Below, in pieces: positions 51,001 to 64,000 of a stretch of 64,000 nt of DNA. The translations under genes were made by a program, and so were the position numbers. Position 1 is the stretch's first letter, and each line of letters begins with the position of its first letter. The notes under the pieces were generated by a model that ran no database searches, had not been told where the DNA came from, and saw only the letters and a list, made by a program, of their open reading frames with translations. This DNA is from Thalia democratica (lineage: Eukaryota), in NCBI GenBank assembly GCA_965202585.1, contig OZ241830.1, forward strand, positions 23,374,001 to 23,438,000, in the 5' to 3' direction.

Positions 51001-51944
51001 AAAATTGCTGGACAAAATCAAAAATCTTAAAGCCTTTTATCAAGTTAAATGCTTAAAAGTTTTCTATTTAACATATCACATTGTAAATAATAACAGTACC
51101 GAAGCATAAAATACTTGCGAGTATTTTTTTCAAAATCATGTCTCATTGCAACATACTGTACATCATAATTGTAATTGTGCAACGGTAGCTCATCTGTGCT
51201 AATAGTTTCAACATTTGCCTGAAAGTTGTTTCGCGCAGGTGTTAATGTTACAACAAAAATGCGCGTAATCGTTTTAAAATTTAAAAATGAACAGCAGACA
51301 TTAGGTAAGCTACTGTTAAATAATTAGTTATTTTATTTAACTTTACATTCATCAAAAACAAATTTTTTTAAGATGCTATCATATTAAATTGTGTCAATGG
51401 CCAAAGCTGTCACCACAGTTTCCATAATTTGAGTTTTTTTTTAATAGCCGATTGTAAACTAAATGATTCTTAAACTTGGATCGTCATTTGTCTAGTCTTT
51501 CATCAGTAATAGCAAAACGTAAACATTTTGAGCCACTAGATTTAATAAAGCTATATTCATAACTGCATCAAAAAGTTTATATTTAGCAATGGTTGAGGCA
51601 AATTAGCTTTACGGTTTAAGTTTTGAATATATCTTTATAATTGATAATGAATTAAAAATAAAAGCGAGTAAAGACTTAGCTGTACTCTTTACTGTATTTA
51701 ATTGTCACAACTAAAGTGTAAGAAACGTTTTACCCAGATTAGATCAAAGTAAATCGTTTTAGTTTTGTAATATATTTTTTTTTCAAACATACTTTTATTT
51801 TGATTTTGCGTAGTTTAAAGGTTATAAACTACAATTAAAGAAGAAAACTTTAATTAGCTAAAAAATTGTTTTAAAAATACAAAACAAACTAAGGTTATTA
51901 CTATAACAATAATTTCTAATTATAACTTATACTTTATTGTTTAA

Positions 51945-52034
51945 TGAACGACCTAAAAACCGCTCAAAATAACTAATCCGTGGACCTGGAGAACGAAAAA
52001 AAAGAACGATAACAACAAAATTGGTTATCAAGTT
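51945..52034 (+). repeat. Short interspersed repeat family, copy B
   Basis: Homologous to 22360-22475 and 60390-60505 (CGCTCAAAA...GACCTGG...GAAAAAA...GGTTATCAAGT). Confidence 0.6.
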
Positions 52035-54810
52035 ATAATAGATTATGTAAAACTTATTTCTTATGTAAAAACTTTACAAAATGTCATTCTTAAAAATTCA
52101 TGAGTTTAAGTAGCCAAACAAAGGTTGAGCTAGCTCTACATACATTGAAACTTTTAATTATAAGTAAGATTAATACAGCAGGGACATCAATAAGGTAACC
52201 TATTTGAAACTAGACAAACTTTTTCATCTTTCGTAAAGTGCGTACCTTAAAATTTTTGTTCAAGTTTAATATTTTATATAACCTAATATCTAACTACTTT
52301 TAATAAAATTGTCTATTCTAGTTTTTATTAAAGTTACAAGAATTAATACGCATTTAATTCATAAATGCATGATTAAGCTAATATCATGTTTTGTTGATAT
52401 TTTTTTTAAAAGATATCATGAAAAAATCGTTTATAGAAAAACTTCAATTCCACTTTTTTTCAAGGTTTAGTTCGTGTAGTACACAAGTGCTTACCTCTTA
52501 AAGTATGTATTTTATCAATGCCCTTACTGTATATATAATGTACACAGTTTAATTTGTACGTCATGCTCAATTTATTTGAAATATTATTGGAATAGATTTA
52601 TAAAGTTGAAAGTTTTATTTAAAACACTTATTATTTGTTTATTATAAAAACAGTTGAAGAAAATTTAACAGTTTTTATACACAAATATTTACACGGTCCT
52701 TATAGTAGTCTTTTTACTTTAATGTACAAATCATCATACTTGACAAATGTCATTTTTATCATGTACTATTTAAACTCACGTATTTTATAACATAAATTGT
52801 AGCAATGTATAATGTGTTGTTTGTTCAGTAAAATTAAGTTTTAACTTTTTTGTAAAGGCTGTTCTAATGAACTTTTCTGTTTATTATATTTATTAAGAAC
52901 TGGTTTTAAAAAAATATTATGTTTTTACATATAACATTAATTCACACTAAATCTGGCTTCAGGTTACTTAAAATAGCTTGCTCTTAAATTGAAAAAAATC
53001 GTACATGTTTAGTTAATATATCAAAATACTTTAGGTTAAAAATATATGTAGTTTTTAAGTTTGCTGGTTTTATAGTTTAATCTTTAAGAAAACTTGTAAT
53101 TAATAGAACAAACATAAAAACATATGTAACAACGTATTTAAAGACATTATTGTTTATAAATTTTCAAAGTACAAGTAATTAAAGTAGACAAAATTTTGTT
53201 GTTTTAGCTTAGCTAAACACAAAAAACTTATAATAATAGAAGTTAAGTAATAATAAAATAAATATTTTAAATACTTTTTAAACACATACGAAATTTTTAT
53301 TTACATACTAAATCTAGATGTTACACAATTTGGCAGACAAACAGCTAAAACTTTTTTAAACACTAGTTTTTTTATTTTCTTAAAAAAAACAAAAACATTC
53401 AGATTCAAAAAACTTAATTAAAAACACAATTTTAGTTTTTATACTTTAGCTAAAGCTATAAAAAAAACGTTTAAAAAAACTCATCAGCAAAAGAAACGTT
53501 TATTACTGCTTAAGTATTAACTCTAGAAACCTATAGAGTATCAAAAAATAATTGACATTCTACAAATTTAGGTTTTGTTAAAATATAAAAAGTTTTAATA
53601 ATCCGAACAACTAAAATACATTTGTAAAGTAAGAAATAGTATGTGTTTATTACTTTCAAGTTCTAGACATAACCTCTAAAATAGATAATGATTATGTGAC
53701 ATATAGTTGAACTTACTTAATTTAAATTTAGCATACAAGTTTTAATTTGGTACTGTCTAAGAAAATGTAAGTTTTAAGTACGTAATCATAACAAGATCAT
53801 GTTTTTATTTTAATATTATTTAATCTATTCATTTAAGATAGTGTAAAGATATATTAATCTGTAAGCTTAATGAAAACACTTATGAAACGTCAAAAAAGCT
53901 ACAATTTAATATCTTTTATAACGTAGTTTTTCTACTTTTACTTATTTTTTCACTTTAATGGGTGTTTTTTAAATGTAAACCGTTAACAAAACATGTAAGT
54001 TACACTAAGCAAACTAAACCAAACCATATGCAATTTATTGTTTCTATTATGATTGAAAATAAAAAATCAGCTTACTACGTCTAATAACTAGAATGAAGTT
54101 GCTTTTAAATAAATACTTAAATGCGTCGATACCATTATTACCTTTGTAATATTTTTTTTGATTTCTTTACTTGTTAAATCTCTTATCAAATTAAAAAAAA
54201 AAAAACGCAACTTATGTTAACCAACTTATTATTAAGAACACCTTAAAAGTTAGTTGTGTTACTCGAATACTTTTCATCACTCAAGTTTATGACAAATTTG
54301 TATAAGTTAGTGTTATAACATGTAACGGTATTTCATCAACTAGTAAAAACTTAAACAAGTAAGGTAAGTAGATCTTCAAAGATACTTACTATTTAAGCAA
54401 AAATTTAAAACGCATTTGCGCTTTAATAAAAACTGAACAAAGTAGTTTTTCATTTTTCGTAATTTATAGATGACTAATGAAATGAACAACAATAAAGTAG
54501 AACTCTATCAAAATATATTATAAAAATTAGCTCCAGTATTTTATGTCTTTTTTTGTTATTATCAAAAACAAAAATATAATTTACTTAATTTATAGATTTT
54601 GTTTTAGAATTTATTTAAACCTATCTTGCTTAAAAAGCTTATTAGAGGATAAAAAATAGATTTTTTCTAGGGTCCTCATGTTAGTTTTGTTTTACTAATA
54701 GATAAAAACATTTTTCCTTGTTCAAGTCGAAGTTGTTTAAAACTTAAAAACAGATTAAAAAAAAAAAAAAAGAAAAGTTAAATTTCTATTTTACAAGGAT
54801 GCACAACTAT

Positions 54811-54945
54811 TCAAATTCTGACAAATCAAATTCCGACAGTTCAAATTTGGACAAATCAAACTCCGACAACTCGAATTCGGCCAACTCAAATTCCGACAAT
54901 TCAAACTCCGACAACTTGAGGTTCAACAACTAAAACTAGGCAACT
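54811..54945. repeat. 15-bp tandem repeat (TCAAA(T/C)TCCGACAA(C/T/A)), 7 good and 2 degenerate copies; probable DNA-transposon subterminal array
   Basis: Exact 15-bp period from 54811; further decayed copies at ~54995-55035. Confidence 0.85.
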
Positions 54946-55962
54946 CTTATGCAACGAATATGAAGTATTATACTATAATATACTCATAATATGAAATCTG
55001 ACGATTCAAGTTCCAAAAGTTAAAACTCTGACAACTGTTATTGCAAAACGTGACACAAAAACCTCAAAATTCACAAATTTTGTCATAAAATGCATGTCTT
55101 TAGATTTGTGGCACTAAAGTTTTGACCCAACTTTTTTTTAATTATCTTGAATGAATAAAGTTTGCATAAAAAAGTAAGAACTGTTTGTTAGAAGTAAAAT
55201 CATGTTTAAAAATAAGCTGTTATTGTACAATGTTAAGAGTTTTACTCAATAGTTATGACATAAAAATTAAAGTTGTCATATCAGTTCATACTTATAGAAA
55301 ATTTTTCATTAATAAAACTTTGACGATTTTTGTTACAATTTTTTATCTATTTCAGCACTCACTTTACTTGAGTATATACATCTCACTATAAACGCTCGCA
55401 CTTTTATGATAGTTTGTGTCCCTTTCCTAAGAATTAAGAATGGAATTGTAACTTATTTTAAACTCAACTTTATAAAAAAATGTAGTTTCTTTTAATTAAT
55501 TTTAGTATTTATGATTAGCCTAACGTTTTTAATGAGTAATCTTGACTTTATATATGTATTGTTATAAGTTTTTTAAACTATTGCAATGTTTTAATCTAAA
55601 TTTAACTTTTTCAGACTAACTGTCATAAAAAAATAGATTAATAAAACTGTTTTTTGTCATCTTTCTAAGTGAATATATTACTTAGTTATTTTTGTCCTTT
55701 AAAACACTACTTGAAACAAAAGATAATTCAAAATATTATAAACCTTTACTTAAAACAAAATTAATTGAAGATGTCAAACTACAGTAACATCAAATATTAT
55801 AATGTACTATATTCGTTTATAAGCTTCGATCCCTAACTGTAATTACTTGCGTAAACTGTTCTCGAAATGTAAAGAAATTGGTAACCCTCATTTAATTAAA
55901 AACACAAAATACTTTATCAATTATAATCTTAACATTCAAGATAATTAAAAACGGTAATTATT

Positions 55963-56773
55963 GTTAGTGGTTAAACTTCAGTAATTTTATTAACTCATTA
56001 GTTGAATTAAAACTTAATTAAAACACAAAAAAAAAACATGTCACACCCTAATAATTAATTCGTAAAACTTAAAGTTTTAGTTTATAATTTATAAAACAAA
56101 ATACATTAATCATTTTTTCGAACATAATTTTATTTAAAAAGTTTTTGTTCACTGTTTAGTACTTAGTTATGTTTTACTTAAATTACTTTAAACATTACTT
56201 TTTGTTTTTTAAATTTTTGATTTTTAACAGCATGGCCATACTAATATTTTAGTTTACATAGTATTCTCTTCTGTTTGTTATATTAATACTCAAAATATTT
56301 TCTTTAGGTATATTATGAAATGACTTATCAATTCTTGGTTAATGTTCTACTTGTTTTTATTTATTTAAAAAAGCTATGTTTTTATAAACTAAACTAGAAT
56401 AACATTCAGATATCATATTTTTTATGAAACGCTAACTAAAACAATATATATGTTTAAATACTAAACATGTTTTTATAAATATAATAAATAAGTTTCAATA
56501 ACATTAACACATCAGATATAAATAATTAATTTAAAAACTTAGCTTATGGAATACTTACATAAAAGTTGCCTAAAATGCTGTTTTTTTATGTGAATTTTGA
56601 AAATTTTTAAGTCTTTTATAAAACTATAATTCAAAAGTATATATGACTAAAAAATTTATTATGTTAGGTAATTCAAATAGCAATGTTTTGTTCAGTGGTA
56701 AAACTTCAACCTTTTTGTTAACACATTAGTTGAATTAAAGTTTAGTTACAAAACCTAAAACATGTCACTCCCT
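55963..56773. repeat. Local direct duplication (~85 bp, 55963-56050 versus 56690-56773)
   Basis: Shared AGTGGT.AAACTTCA....TTT.TTAAC.CATTAGTTGAATTAAA...AAAACATGTCAC.CCCT. Confidence 0.7.
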
Positions 56774-58507
56774 GCAAATTTATTTTTTTATATAAAAAGT
56801 ATGGTTTAAAGTTTGGTAAGTCTAAACCATGTGTTTATTAAATAACTTCTCTTTTATGTCTGCTTTTAAGTTATACCGAATCATGTTTGAAGAACGTTTT
56901 ATAAAAATATATATTGATGACTTAATACAAAAAAAGTATTAAATAAAACTATATGTGAATTTAAACAAAGTTCACCTTATTAAGTATTTATTGTAGTTTA
57001 AAATTCGGAGCTATAATCTCGTTTAATTTTATGTAATCTTTTTGAAAAACTATGGCCATCTCTTTTCAAGAATAAACTTTTAAAAGGAAATAGCGACTTA
57101 GTTTGATATAAATGAGCCTTAAGCTATTAAGTTAATGCTTTTATTTTATAAACACTAAAACTTAACATTATATCCTGTCCTTAAAAATCTAAAAATTATA
57201 TCTAATTTTTAATTGTCTTCACAGTCATTTCGTGCACTATTTTTTCTTTTTTTTTAAACATTTTGTTGTTTCATTGTATAAACAACCTAACGAAATAAAA
57301 AAATTCAAATTTTATTTTCTATTCTAACCAAGTAAATTAATACTTTAAGCAAAAAATACTTTAAGAGAGACTGTAGTTTTCATTATAGATATAAAATGTT
57401 TAATTATAAGTTTTAAATTTAATTTTTCCTAATGACAAAAGTATTGCGTTATGGTAAAATTTTGAACGAAACTCGGCTTTTTATAAATTTTTATTCTTAT
57501 AATTGAGTTTTTTAAGTTTTGCAAGTGTTTTTTTTTTATACTTTTAAATCAGAACACATATAAATAAAATTTACTACTAATTTATATTCTAAGAAACCTA
57601 TATTAAAAAAATATGTTATTTTTGAGAAAAAAAAACCTTCTTTTTATTGTATATTCAAGCAAACTTATTTTTTATGTAGATAATTTAAAATACTAAAGTT
57701 ATTGACAGTTAACAACTTTTATCACAGTTGTGCTTTATAATAAACCGATCAATTCAAAATATTAAAATGCTACACTTAATTTAAATCAATCATGTTTAAG
57801 ACGAAGTAATCTAATTAGAACTGTTATGCAAGCTTTTAGGAACTACAAGCATATTAATAATACTTTGTTTATGTACTAAATTGAAAAGAGTCGCCAAAAA
57901 CCACAAAGATCTTTAGAATTTTATTTTTAGCTTAAATAATATGCTATGTGAGTTCACAAAAATATTGTTTCAATACACTACATTCATTTAAGTTTAAGCT
58001 TCTTTGTAAACATTTATAAATCATTACCAAAATATTTTAGGACTGTACTATTTTAAAGCTTATTTTATAACTTCCGCAAATTAAATTTAAAGCTCTAAAT
58101 AAATTTCATAATTGAATGAATTTTTGAATAAAATGATTTATTTTACTTTAAAACCATTACCATACCAAACATTAACATTTTCTTGATTTTTTTTATTTAC
58201 GCAATGTAATCAGAACTTTATAAAAGTTAAGTATCTTATTATATAGAGCTTTTCGACAAATAACTTTTTTTAATTTGTTTTATGTTTGATCATACAATTT
58301 GATTGACATTTGAAGTGTAGATATTTAAATAAAGTATGTCTAAAAGCTATAAAAACTTGATATCTATTTTTTGCTGAAAAAAACTTAAAGTTAGCTGTAA
58401 GAAGTAAGCTCTAAAACTAGGTACTATATTTAATATAAATTAACTATGTTAAAAATAAGGTAAGCTACTTTTATGAAAACTGAACAATGATAATCAAATT
58501 CATAGAG

Positions 58508-58550
58508 TAGGGGTCAGCATCCTTACCTTGGAGTGGAGAGCCGACTCGTC
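58508..58550. mobile_element. Possible hAT-type MITE 5' fragment
   Basis: TAGGGGTCAGCATCCTT...GAGAGCCG resembles CAGGGGTCGGCAACCTT...GAGCC termini. Confidence 0.3.
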
Positions 58551-58969
58551 GATTAAAAATGTTAAACTGTCACTGTATAGCTAAAAGTTTTCCGTGATCT
58601 AAATTGAATTGAATTAGTAGTAGTAATCAGTTTGTAAAAACCGAGTTTATTAAAAATGCGATAACATAAACACACTAATAATCTAGTAATTTCTTATTGA
58701 AAAAACTTAATAACTTGTGCATTTATTGCTAAAGTAAACATTTAAGTCTTAATGAGAAAAACAAGAATTTATTTCCTTATTATACTATTAAGTTATATTA
58801 TAACAATTAATTTATTATATGTTATATATATTACATTATTACTTTTTATATGCTTATACTTGAAACACTTTATTTTTATATATGAGAAGTTTTATTCATA
58901 GTCGAATTCAAAAACTCCAGTTTTGTAATTAAGTAGGTCGGAATCAATTGTTATTCAGTTACAAGCTTT

Positions 58970-59290
58970 AGGAGTTCAGAATCATAATATAGAGATTGCA
59001 AAAGTCCTTTTCACAGCAATTTATTGTAAATTTCATGCATTATTTTACTTGTTCAGAAGTTCCTTGCTCTTTACAAAACCTTTTATATTTACGACCCCAC
59101 TACCTTGCAAACTTTTTGATCTCCGTAACTTCGAATATCATTATTTTGACAGGTTGCTATTGTACAAAAGTTCTGTACAAATTTCAATTAATGCTTCAGA
59201 AAATGTTCCGTAATTTTGTATTCGTAGCATTTAAAACTAGAAGAACTGCAAAAATGAAGCCTAAAAACATAATTAATGTAGTTAAACTCT
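58970..59290 (-). pseudogene. Ly6/uPAR pseudogene (fourth family member, inverted)
   Basis: The minus strand reads ..MFLGFIF/CSSSSFKCYE..IEIC../FCTIATCQNNDIRSYGDQKVCK../FCKEQGTSEQVK*CMKFTINCCEKDFCN, collinear with copies 1-3 (LRCYE..IEEC..FCVTAT..CGEQEFC..YCKEPGT..KFTMTCCDTDLCN). Multiple frameshifts and stops. Confidence 0.82.
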
Positions 59291-60389
59291 AAATGCTGAA
59301 TTAAGATTAAAAAATACAAAGAACTACTCGCTTTTAAAGTTGTTTCACATTGTTTCTCTATTTACACAAAAACTATTTATATGCAACTATTATTAAAAAA
59401 AAAAGTAAATACGCTTGTAGTTATTATAAACGTATTACTAACTAAAGAACCACTTTTAAATTTTACAATAAGTAGTACGTATTAACAAGGTGCTATAGAG
59501 TTTTAAATAAAAATGTTATTTTAATAAATTTCTTTAAATATTTTCGAAATTGAGCATCGCTAGCACTTAACTTTACATACAAAACAGGTATGTTGCAATT
59601 TTGTTTAATGTGGTTTAATAAGGAGCTTAAAATACAAAAATTGTGCTAATATTTTTTGTAAAGTAAAAGTATTAAAAGTATAACTTTTTAGTATTATATA
59701 GTATAGTTTAAAAAAAAAGTAACTTCATTATAAGAAATAATATTTAAATTAGTTTTAAATCTCAGCTTTTTTATGTTATTATCTTTCATTAAATTAGTTT
59801 TTCTAAAATCAATTATTTATATTTTTTTAATAAAAACATATTTTTACATATAAATTTTTAATTAAAAAAAATTTTTAATATGAAATACTTTTATATTTAG
59901 TTTACTTTGCACTATTTAAGAGTCATGAAAAAACATAATATAGTTTGTTATTATGTTAGAAACGTCTAATAACTATTTTTACTTACATTGAACAGCTAAA
60001 TTCTTAGTTATAACTTTTATGAAATATTTATCAATTCTTCTTCTATAATAAATTAAAAAAAATTGAGCTGTTTTTAAGAGGTTTTAAGTAAAATAAGGTG
60101 AATGAAAACTAGAGATTATTTATAACTAGTAGGTATGAACGTTGTATGAATTATTAAAAAAACACTACGCGTAAGTAAAACATACATAAAAATGCAAAAA
60201 ATAGATTTAAGTTTTATTTAGTTCTAACTTTAAGCTGAGTTTATAATTACATAAGGTCTTCTCATAAAAATTTGGCTTTAATTATTGTTTCGAAATTTTT
60301 CCAAAATGATATCCAGCTTTGTATTTGTAGCACAATTTTTTTTGCTTAAAAAAAGTTCTTCAGTGTAAAAGTCTTTATGAAAATAATGT

Positions 60390-60505
60390 TTATTAAACGA
60401 CGAAAAACACGCTCAAAAAGTTTAGTCCAAGGATCTGGTGTATGAAAAAGAATCTTTTTGTTATCGAGTTCGTAACCCAGAACAGTTTAATGTCATGTCA
60501 AGGAT
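60390..60505 (+). repeat. Short interspersed repeat family, copy C
   Basis: Homologous to 22360-22475 and 51945-52034. Confidence 0.6.
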
Positions 60506-61429
60506 AGTTACAGGATAAGTTAAGCTTTAAAAACTGATATAATACCAAGCTCTTTTAAGCTTTTATTCCCGCATGTTATACCTAACTTATAAACTTACTA
60601 AGCAATTTATAATTGCAATCGGTATGCATTAAATCCTTATAACGTAAAAATTTAAACTGAAAAACAATGGCTAATTAAACTATAATATGCGTTAAAAGAG
60701 AAAATTCTAAATAAATTGATTGTTGCTAAGTGATTATGCATTGCAATTTTTTCAATACCTTTGAATTGCATTCTTTACTCACAGTATTTGATGTTATTTA
60801 GATTTATAAAATAGTTATTTATACCTAATATAAATATCAAAGCTTTCATTAACTTATAGAAATACATTGCTAATTAAAAGCAAATGGCTTATATTGTCCT
60901 TTTACCAGTTATATATACAAATAGGTTATTTGCTTATTAGAAACATTAAAGTATTTTAACTTTTAAATTTGTGAAAAAGGTCAAAAGAAGTAAAAAAAAA
61001 AATTTTTTGGTAAAAAACAAATATAAAAATTGAAAGTTAAATAGCTAAAGTAAAACAAAAAATTGTATATCATTTATTAGACAATAATAAATTAATTACA
61101 CAACCATAAATTAAAAATGTTTCTATTTAAAATCTTAAATTGTCTATTTTTCCCTCAACTTCATAAACTATATTTAAATATAAAGTAATTAAAAAAAAGC
61201 TAAAGCAAATTTGTCTAATTTAAAAAGTTTTTTTTAAGCATATAGTATAATATATAATCATCATTTCTAACCATTTTGTCTATCAAAAACTTATCTTTGA
61301 AGTTTAGTTATACCTGAAAAGACTGAAATGGTCTTTTAAATTCTTTCTATTTAACCTTTAAAGCTTTAGTCCTTATACAATGATCTTTGCTTTTTATCTA
61401 GTCTTAAGAGTATTTCTGGTAAAACATTT

Positions 61430-61530
61430 CTAAGTTTAGGGGCTTTTTTAAAGTGATCTGTCCCAAAAATAAATTTTATAATAAATTTAGCCAAATCCAA
61501 AAACGTTATATAGGTTGCGGTGCAGCCTTT
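61430..61530 (-). mobile_element. Possible decayed non-LTR retrotransposon RT fragment
   Basis: Minus strand gives ITFLDLAK then FGTDH, resembling the RT motif (V/I)FLDLSKAFDTVDH. No downstream GVPQG or YADD motif found. Confidence 0.3.
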
Positions 61531-64000
61531 ATAGTATTAATGATTGGTTTACTATATAGTACTTGTAAAAAATAATCCAATTAATATGTTTTCGCATTTG
61601 TTCCTAGTATTTGCTTGGTAATTTAATTTTTTATTTCAACTTTACTATAGTTACTTAATTATAAGCTAATTACAATGTAAGGTTAACCATAAAAATTTAA
61701 CTTGTTATACACTTTTTAAACAACGTTTTGCTTTGAGGCATGTCAAGCAGTATCTTACAAATTTTTCTTGTTGTGTGTAATTTGTTTTACGTAAATATTT
61801 GCCATAAAAAAATTGTGAAAGTTATATATTTTTATGTGTAGCACTCACAATAGTAAAAACGATTTTATAATTAGTAATACGTCAGTTTATCATAAAAAAC
61901 TATCTTTTTCTAACAAATTAATAACTTATAAATAATCGTGATAACAATTAACTGTTTTTAATTTTTTAAAAGCTAGAACCTTAAATATAGACAGGAATGA
62001 ATCATAGTTTTAACAGTCTATTATGTTTTTCAGTGCGCGTCAACTAGGTTTAGACTTAAATACTAAAACTTATAGTTTTTGTTTTTTTAGCTCGTATTGT
62101 TCTTACGTTATTTATTTCAAAAATATTTTGTATTTTAATTTTAAACGTTTTATCTTTTTAAACTAAACCTGATGGCAAGACAAACAGAAACTCAATTTGT
62201 GGTGTTTTTCATCACCTATTTTCAAGTAAAACTACTTTTCAATATTAAAATTAAAACAACTGGATTTTTAACACAAAGTTATCGAAGAAGCGAAATCATC
62301 CGGCAGTATACTGTAGACTTAAAAGTATTAAGGCTAAAATATATGAAGGAATACTTGATTTATGTATTTTAAATTTGTAGTTTTTTAAGTAAGAAGTAGA
62401 ATATGCCAAAAAACACGTTTTGTTCCATCAATTACAAACTACTTTACTAATACAAAATAAACTATTTTATTTCACGTGGATTTCATACAAATTAAAGAAT
62501 AAAGTTTTGCTCAATTTAAAAAATAATGATAAGCTGTAGTTTAGAAAAAATAGTTAAAACTGTCTAAATTTAATTTGATTAGTATATTTTTTAATTTCTA
62601 GCCTTACTTGTTTGTCAGTTTAACTTTTTGCAATGTTTAAAATTAGTATTTAATCTTATCTTAGATACACATTGATAAACAAAAACACCATTTCATTTTA
62701 TTTATTACTAAAATAATCAAAATTTTGTTATGAAAATAAAAACTTTATGTTTATTATTGGTGCTTCTAGTCTTAAGGCGTGTTGTTCTTAATTTCAATTT
62801 AAATATTTTAATTACTCAAATTTTTTTATGTTTTAGCAAAGTTAGTATAAGTAATAATCACGTTTCTTTATTTTTGTTACCTTAAAACAAGTTTGACTGT
62901 ATTTTAATTAAATAATAAAATGCTGTGTAAATTATGTAGTTTGACTTTACCACAATTCAGACAAATAGCTTACTAAAAATGATACCTACACATTAGTTTA
63001 TACAAATAGCTACAGTTTATCTTATATCTTGCTGTGAATTATCACATAATTTCAAAAACATGGATTTTAAATGTATTAAATAAGCGTGTTTAAAGATGTA
63101 TCTTTAACTTTAATATGATTTATAATTTTTAATTCCTGCTGTTATATATTTCTTTATTTTTTGAATACAAAATTTAGCTTATTTTATTATGAACTAAGCT
63201 TGTAAATACCAGTGTGTCTAGTTTATATTTAGTTTGTAAAGTTTTCTAAATGTAAATGATAAAATATACTTTACTTGCAAAAAAAAAAAGGTTGTAGTCA
63301 TATTTGAAAAACCATACTAGAAAGATTTTTAAGGACGTATTTATATTTTCTAAAAATTAAAATTGCATAAATTTGCGCAATGTCGTATAATCTGCTTAAG
63401 CATTTTGAACTTTCTTAGAAAATAGAATAAACATATAGTAGTTAGACATAATCTATACTGTTTAATAATTAAGTTTAGTTCCTTTTAAGAGATTATAGTT
63501 TTATGTTTTTCGGCAATCATTATCTAATGAGTAGAGCGTTACTTATAGTATATTGTCATAAACTCATAGTAAGTACAGCTAAGTACGTAAGTTCTAATCA
63601 AATTTTATAAAATCAACGTTCTCCACAAGTTAATCAGTATGTATTTAAGGTTGATTTCTATAATCTTTTTTGAGACTAAATCACAGTAAATATATATTGA
63701 GTCAATAATTTGTTAGTGAATAAAACTTAAATTCGTTACGTTTTGGTAGACACTGTCACCATGTTTATTTTTAGATAGCATGCTGCTTCGCTAGAAATTT
63801 ATATACGCTATAAAAATTTTAATATTTGATATCGAATATACTAAGTTTAAAATTATGTGTATTAAAGAAATTTTACCACGTAAACACAATCAGCCTTAAA
63901 ATATAAGTTCTATTGATCATGTTTTGTAGAGAACAATTTTATACTTTACAGCAAACTATTTTAAACAGATCAAAAAAGAGTAAAAGCATTTCAAATATTT

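Noticed and set aside
54811-54945. CRISPR-like appearance of the short periodic repeats (also 683-885)
   Set aside because: Head-to-tail units without unique spacers, eukaryotic context, no cas genes.
58996-59292. Plus-strand 98-aa ORF
   Set aside because: Antisense shadow of the Ly6 pseudogene.

Overview
Very AT-rich metazoan (invertebrate) genomic DNA with GT-AG introns and one 100-N scaffold gap; the species cannot be identified from the sequence. The dominant feature is a minus-strand gene that I could splice by hand into seven coding exons, all joined by phase-1 introns (CDS 47258->32538, 2808 aa). It encodes a secreted protein: signal peptide, 2 EGF-like domains, a Pro/Thr/Ala linker, 55 tandem atypical thrombospondin type-1 repeats (TSRs) in one 7761-bp exon, 1 sushi/CCP domain and a short tail. 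Three intronless, predicted GPI-anchored Ly6/uPAR (three-finger) genes lie in tandem on the plus strand at 16.1, 20.9 and 27.2 kb. A fourth, decayed copy that the ORF track misses lies on the minus strand at about 59 kb. At 10.5-12.6 kb, split exons encode two Sin3-type PAH modules, one apparently intact and one frameshifted; the ORF track shows only one of these exons. The rest is a Penelope-like retroelement remnant with a degenerate hammerhead-like motif, several MITE-like elements, short tandem repeats, and exon-like or decayed coding patches I could not resolve. All coordinates and alignments were worked out by eye; no database searches were run.
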